NCBI GenBank assembly: GCA_021432655.1
Contig: MU271440.1
Coordinates: 45,770-65,769, forward strand
Direction: 5' to 3'
DNA from: Atractiella rhizophila
Lineage: Eukaryota
Length of the DNA stretch: 20,000 nucleotides
Numbering within the stretch: position 1 is the stretch's first letter; each line of letters begins with the position of its first letter. Below the pieces are notes generated by a model. It made no database searches. It worked only from the letters and a program-made list of their open reading frames with translations, and was not told the origin of the DNA. The position numbers were made by a program, and so were the translations under genes. Positions 13,709 through 20,000 of the stretch are shown piece after piece.

Positions 13709-16700
13709 TTACATCTCTCTCCACCCATCCAGCTCCCTCCCTCCAGCAACAAGCAATCCTACTACAGTACACTTCCTCAACTTCGTCCTACACATCTTCA
13801 CCGCAATCGCAAGCGATAACAATGCAAACAATATGGCGCTCGCAAGAAACTGAGGGAAGGACACCTCAACCACTGCTCTCTCTCCTACTGGCGACGAAAA
13901 GGTGGTAGCATTATTCCACGAAAACCGTGCGAAGTACTTTAGTTTAGAGGCGAGGAGGGAATTCATTGTCCGCGCTATATCTTCTCCATCTCTCGGAACG
14001 GTGATATTAGAGGAGGAGAGAGCGGCTTCGCCTATGAGCCTGCCGATTGGGAGGAGGGGGGAGAAGTCACCTAGTTGGGAGACGGAGATGCCGGTCGAGG
14101 AGTAGTAGAGGAGGTAGGCGAGCTGGCCATAGTCCAGATTTCCGATCTTCTTTGCCTCGTCCTCTGAGGATGAGTCGAAATTGAAGGAGACTGAACCATT
14201 GTAGATCGTCACTGTGGAGTTATACAGAATTTTCAAGTTCGGCTCGCACACCAACGTGGTGATTTTGTCTGGTATGGTTACGTACTTCTCCACGAAAGAG
14301 GGGCTATAAGAGGGCACCATCGTAGTTGCGATCCACTTCTGCCATTCTGGAGAGAGATCTGCATTCGGGACGGAATCGAGAACGACCGAGGATGTGGTGT
14401 TGAAAGGCGAGTTTGAGGAGGCACCGAAAAGCGTGAACGCAGAGAGACCGGAGAAGATACCTGACGTGTTTGATATCCACTGGGGACGCTGGAGTGGATG
14501 AAACCACGTATAGCCCGCCGGAGGGTTGATGAGGCCATACACGTCCTTATCCTCGAGCCTGAGCGAAATGTACGAGGTTGAGTTCAGCTCCTCGTCCCAT
14601 TCTTGAATCGTCGGTTTGGTCCACGCACACTCCATCCTCCACCTCCCGAGATCCGTGTAGAAACGTACGCTCGCATTCCGCTCGTATATCGTGTCCTGTG
14701 GCTGCATGAGGAAGTACCCTTCCTTCCCCTGGGAAGGCATCTTAAATCCGATGGTCGCCTCCAACACATGCTCAAGATACGCATAATTGTCCGCGGTATG
14801 GCTGAACGCCTCGATTACCTCTAACCTCGTCGAGTTCGTGATGAGCGCAGCTTGGGAAGCCCACGGCTCCTCAGTGAGGTTCTTATACACCGTAATGAAG
14901 TTTGCATCGTACGAATTGACATTTGAGGGTTGGGCAGGCGAGAGGGGGAGTTCACGTAGGTGGAGTTGGATGGCTCCTTGGGAGAGGATGGAGCAGGCGG
15001 ACATCAGGATGAAAGTGAGGAAGGTGAGGCGATAGTAGCCTGAGATAAGCGAGCGCGGTGTGTAGAAGAGAGCGTAGCGGAGCCAGTTGATGATCGATGT
15101 TTGGTTTGTTGAGACGTCCTCCAAGGCTTCTTTTACCTTCTCATCCTCCAGCTGTCCATTTTTCTGAGCTAGATCCGAAAGCCGCGTCCATTCCTGTCAC
15201 ATCACATCATCTTTCTGAGGGAAGAGAGGACAGGGGTTTGAAGGGACTAACCTCAGACCGCACCTCTCGAATCGCACTCCTCGTCCCTCCCAACGCTAAC
15301 GTTCTCCAAAAGCCAACCGCGATAGTAAAGAGCGTGCCAATCAGGACGAGTCTCTCCTCCTCGATCTTAATAGGAACCACGACGTCATGTTTATAGGCAT
15401 ACACGCCGAACGCCACAAAGGCTCCGCCAACGACCGGTGTGATGAACATCACCACATTCCTCAACGCCTTGATCTTCCTCTCCAACCACCCCTTGACCAC
15501 TGGAGGGCCGATCTGCACACTGAGCGCCGGTGCCACTCCATCAACAGATGGGAAATCCTTCACACAAACCCGCGCGGTGCGGAACGCAAGAAGTGCCCTC
15601 TCCTCCTCGCTCTCCATCTTCCCCTCTCCCCCCGCGACCTCAGCAGCAACCACCGCAACCCTCCTTCCGTTCAACGTCCTCTCTAGTCCGGAGGGAAAAT
15701 CCCTCCCACCCCACTGGACGAGACTCAGCACTCTCCCAATCCCCAGGAACCTCCCGATCCTCTGCTCCCGCCTCCCACTGGTAAACCACACCACCGCCGC
15801 TCCCACCAGCGCAAGGAGGGCGTAGAAACCAGCGACGAGCCAGAGAAACTCCCTCTGTGCCTTCAACACCAATCCGAGTCTCGACCCCTGACTATCCACA
15901 TCCATCGTGCCAAACGGTCCGCCATCCAAATACGCAGACAGCGCGCTTTGGACAAATCTCGTATATGTCGGTCCGAGGACGGTCTCGTTGATCGGAGTGT
16001 AAATGCCAATTGTCTCCTCCGCTGATCCGCCGCTCAAGCCCATAGGGATGAGGTAGAAATAGGTTGAAGTGGCGAAATCCAGTAGCGAATCAGACATGGC
16101 GATCCGTAGTTGAGTCTCGTCGATGTTCCCGACTCGATAGTCGAGCGGCTCAATGTGATAGCTCAGGTATGTGCCCCCCCTCACTGTAATCCTATGGCTT
16201 TCTACAATGACTTGAGGGACGCAGAGGAGCATCGATACGTCCGTCGCTATCGGGTTCCCGTTCAGGTTTGCGGCATCGGTCTGGAAGGCGGACCAGGTGG
16301 AGGGGATCGGGGAGGTGGGGATGGAAGAGGTGTCCATCCACAGTCCCCTTCTTTGTTGGATCGCGTCTAGTGGGGCAGATTGGACGGTGATCATTAGCAC
16401 ACCGTCGTATGAGGGGACCAAGGTGGTGTTGTCGGGGGAGAGCTTGTACATCGTATCGAGGAGGTCGAGCGCTTTTCATACCGCATTTCATCAATACCTC
16501 ATCCTCATTCATAGAAGAAATGGAATCAGACATACTGTCAGGCCAGAACGGTGCGCTGCCAAACCCCATATACCCACCTCCCGCATAAGTCATTCTATTC
16601 CTGATCACCTCGGCCGTAGTACTCCCAATCGGATTCCCAAGGACAGGAGCCATCCATTCGCAATCATACGCAAAGAAACCGACATCCGTCTCGTAAACCT

Positions 16701-17575
16701 CTCCATGATCGGATAAAATATTAGGAAGAGGGACGACGGCGTTTGGGAAGTTACGGTAGATGAAGATCGGCTCGTTGTTGAGTTTGGCAAAAACGTAGAC
16801 CGTTGCGAGCTCTGAACTAGTTGTCGAGGTCCGGGAGAAGACTGTAGAGAGGTTGGCGTGAAGGGAGAGTGGCGGTAGGGAAGGTATCGAGATATTGTGC
16901 CGTCCAATGGGGTACCAACCTAGGCATCAATTAATGTTGGATGGATGGCAGTCGAAAAGTAAGAATGGAAAACAAACCGGGAACTACTTGAAGGATGGAA
17001 GGGGCCGTTTCGTTGAGCGCGATGGCTAGGAGGGCGCTAATGAAGACGCTTTTGAAAGGTCTCGAGGATCCGGTGAAGAATGAAAACAAATCAACGGCAT
17101 GTCTGAGTGTTCCACCCAAATTTGACGAGACGTGATTGAGGTGTGCAAACGGCGTTCCCACCTCCGTCGCACTCATCAGACGTCGATGCCATTCCTCAGA
17201 GCGTATTCGGTCAATGAGGTTCCCCACAAAGAGAAGGGACATAAAGATCCAGATATTGGCGATTGCCGTGGTCGCTCCTCGTAGTTCGGTGGCGTGTGCG
17301 GTGGAATGGGAGATGACGGGTGGGGACGAGGCGTCAGAGACGTAGACGCAAAAAATGACATAAGCGATGCCAAGGAGGGAAGGGAGGAAGGCTTCCACCA
17401 AGGTCATGACGGGATATGTTTCCGAGACCTTTGGATCACCCTCTTCGTATGTTACATACTCGTCTTGCCCACTCTCCTCTTTCCCACTTTCCTCCTTGTC
17501 ACCTGCAGTGATTCCTGGCGTAGAAGGGCTCAGCCAGGGCTCAGAGCGAGATTGCAGGAGTGGAACGGCGTTCAT
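13709..17575 (-). CDS. Large fungal membrane glycoprotein of unknown function with two tandem modules (about 3 TM + ectodomain + 1 TM each); 4 exons, ~1228 aa
   Basis: Exons 17575-16978, 16919-16536, 16471-15252 and 15193-13709 are separated by GT-AG introns at 16920-16977, 16472-16535 and 15194-15251. The spliced length is 3687 nt in one frame, which unites ORFs 16931-17575, 16192-16653 (part), 15207-16451 and 13709-15124. The protein has many N-x-S/T sequons and about 8 hydrophobic helices. Confidence 0.85.
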
Positions 17576-17659
17576 CTTCAGTTAACCCTTCTCCTTGCAA
17601 AAAGTGCAAAGAAGTCGAGAAGTGCACTCGGATGGGGATGGCATGGTTTTGAAGAAAGA

Positions 17660-17693
17660 AGTGTTTCCATGATTCAGTGTTTCCATGATTCAG
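17660..17693. repeat. Perfect 16-bp tandem duplication
   Basis: AGTGTTTCCATGATTC occurs twice and is followed by AG, 85-118 nt upstream of the ATG at 17575. Confidence 0.85.
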
Positions 17694-17984
17694 GAATGCA
17701 GGAATGGATTGCGTGAGTGGCGTTGTGCGTTTGTCCCATTTCTTGGTTGAGTCACCGTGACAGACTTTGGGACGCTAGCAGTTATGAAAGAACGTTCAGG
17801 TTAACACTTTCCCGTGTCCCCAATTGTTTATCCGGGATACAAAGCTGCAAAGCTCTCCTATTTTTGAGAGCAGGTGGGAGAGTGGGTGAGAAAGTGGTTA
17901 GCAAGTGGCAGGTTGAACGCGAGAGAAGAGTACCCGTCCCGTCAGCAAAGGGTTAGGAGAGCAGAAGGGGTCAACCGGTGGACA

Positions 17985-18006
17985 GGGTTAAGGTGACTCT
18001 TAACCC
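17985..18006. repeat. Short perfect inverted repeat in the divergent intergenic region
   Basis: GGGTTAAG-gtgact-CTTAACCC (8-bp arms, 6-nt spacer). Confidence 0.6.
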
Positions 18007-18199
18007 CGGATGCTGGCGTCCCGTTGAACCTGTTGAACCTGTCGATGTCTTTCATCGAGAGGCTCCCCAGCAGCTAACCACATCACGCCATCAATGCAGT
18101 GGGTCAAGGAAGTCCTGATTGCTGTGGGTTGGAGAAGGCTCCAGCTTCTCATAAGGATAGCGAAGATGCGTTGAAGAGAACCCAACAGCAGCCTGAAAG

Positions 18200-19919
18200 A
18201 TGAAGCTCCTTCGTTGGTCCTACCTCAGTCTCGCTCTCGCGCAGGAATGGGAAGCGCAGAACGATGTCGAACTAGGAGAGATCGGCATTCCCGCTCAAGT
18301 GAAGTATCGAGCTGAACCGTTCTCCTATGAGTATTCCGATTTTGAGGAATCTTTCGCTGGCTTGTTGGGGAAGCGACAAACCTACGTCTGCACAAAGAGC
18401 GGTTACGCCAAGTGCGTTTACTACAACTATTGTTGTCGATTGGGAGTCGGCAACAAGTGCTGTGGAAACAACAGTGTGTCTTTTCGTTGAATTTGATCTC
18501 AACACTTAGCTGATGTGAATGTGCACACAGTCTGCTGTCCTTCTGGATACGGCTGCTGTGATGGAAAAGGATGTTATCCTGATGGGTATCAATGTTGCAA
18601 AGGTGCCTCTCCGCTTCTTTTCAAGCATTTCTTGCACTTATGTCATTCACAGGTGGTACTTACTGTGACCCTGGGTACGTCCATGATCAAAAGGAGCAAG
18701 CTTAAGAAGTGTAACTCTTGTGCGGCAGCTGGAATTGTTACACTTACGCGAGTGGGACGCCGGGTTGCTGCCCTTCAGGCTACTCTCCTTGCTCATCCCT
18801 CGACGGTTGTTGTCGTCCGTTTCTTTCATCTTTCTCTTCCGATATTCTATCTGACAAGTGCGACAGCAACCGGTTCGACCTGCTACGTTGATACAAACGG
18901 CAACAAGAAGTGTAGAACATATGGATCCGTGCCGACTTATTCAGAAGAGACAAGGACTTTTTCGCGTGCGTACTTTGTGACGCATGTCATGACGAAGGCA
19001 AAGATGAAGGCATGCTGAGTTAGGTACCTACGAAACGAGCGTGCCTCGTACAGCAACTGTATCGAGTGTTTCTGCCACAACGGTCCCTTCCTCCACTGGC
19101 AGCAGTACGTCTCCCACGTAAAGCCCAATTAGAGAGACTGACTGTTGTTTGAAGTTCCTACGGCTACCCCATCTCCTCCAAGCGTTCCTACCTCCACACT
19201 TATATGGGTCTCTTTAAACTCGAATTGGGGCTCAGGGGAGGGATTTTCTAACGGCGAGGGTGATTGGAACGAAGCCCCTTCCTCCTGCAATGCAAGCGAT
19301 ATCTCTAAATGGTCTCAAGCGGAGACCTTTGCCGTCTTTGCCACCTTCCAGTTCAAAATCTCACGTTCGTTCATCCCGTTCCATTTATAACGTCAAGGTT
19401 GCCGAATGAAATGTACTCAGCTGGCCACGGCGCACGCATAAGTCTGCGGGCATCAACATCGACGGAGATCGATATCACGAGTACAGGCGTGGGAAGGGAG
19501 TTGACGTACGAAAGGTGGAGATATGTTGGGAAGTCTAGTGCGAGAACGCCGGGAGAAGACGACGTCTGCGAAGAAGGACTGACGTTCGAGAACCCTTCGA
19601 TTGCCGATTCTTCGCTCACGATCTCGATTCAATTTCTCGGATTTGTTAATGAGAGCACACTTGAACGCAGGCAATCGTCGGCAGATTGGTTAAAAGTCAA
19701 CGGTTTCTGGTGCGTCCCCAGACCATCCAATCGCGCCGCGCTAACCGCTGGTGCCGGTACAGGACCTACGATCTTTCCGCCTCGTCCACCCCGACTTCGA
19801 TACCCTCTCAGCCAGCCTCAGGAAGTAGCGGATCAACCGTCCTCAGCTTAGCAGGGAACCATTGGCATCTTGTTGTAGCCACGGTCCTCTGTTCGACGAT
19901 TTTTAACCTTTTCACATGA
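18200..19919 (+). CDS. Secreted cysteine-rich, Ser/Thr-rich, probably GPI-anchored cell-surface protein; 9 exons, ~429 aa
   Basis: Exons 18200-18473, 18531-18602, 18653-18674, 18729-18814, 18867-18965, 19024-19104, 19155-19364, 19421-19709, 19763-19919 (1290 nt, in frame, all GT-AG). Domain order: signal peptide MKLLRWSYLSLALA, acidic propeptide ending in KR-Q, a 22-Cys domain (CCPSGYGCCDGKGC...), an S/T/P stalk, a globular domain, then SGSSGS plus the hydrophobic tail LVVATVLCSTIFNLFT*. Confidence 0.88.
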
Positions 19920-20000
19920 TCACGAATGTGATTAACTATGATTTTCAGGAAAGGAGACTGTGGTGTTCGTAACGATCAATGACATGTTTTAACCCGTTTT

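Noticed and set aside
15121..15251. Apparent break or frameshift between ORFs 15207-16451 and 13709-15124
   Set aside because: It is fully explained by the in-frame intron 15194-15251 (RSE|EWTRLSDLAQKNGQLEDEK).

Overview
Eukaryotic, intron-rich DNA. Short 45-65 nt GT-AG introns, frequent GTGCGT/GTACGT/GTTCGT donors, micro-exons and the gene families point to a basidiomycete fungus (inferred). I spliced six intact genes by hand: a 13-exon DUF6534-like polytopic membrane protein (1560-3228 +), a small 4-TM hypothetical protein (3526-4610 -), a METTL7/TMT1-like SAM methyltransferase (5469-6313 -), an SR-protein kinase of the Sky1/Dsk1/SRPK family (7690-10200 +), a ~1228-aa membrane protein made of two diverged tandem copies of one module (13709-17575 -), and a divergently transcribed Cys-rich, probably GPI-anchored surface protein (18200-19919 +). 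Between the kinase and the large membrane gene (~10.8-13.4 kb) is a decayed zone. It holds a frameshifted patatin-like phospholipase relic and a long, stop-ridden, locally CpG-depleted reading frame. I saw no rRNA, tRNA, CRISPR or intact transposon. The most notable items are the internally duplicated membrane protein, its head-to-head Cys-rich neighbour, a possibly ectodomain-less relative, and the patatin relic. All family assignments come from motif recall, not database searches.
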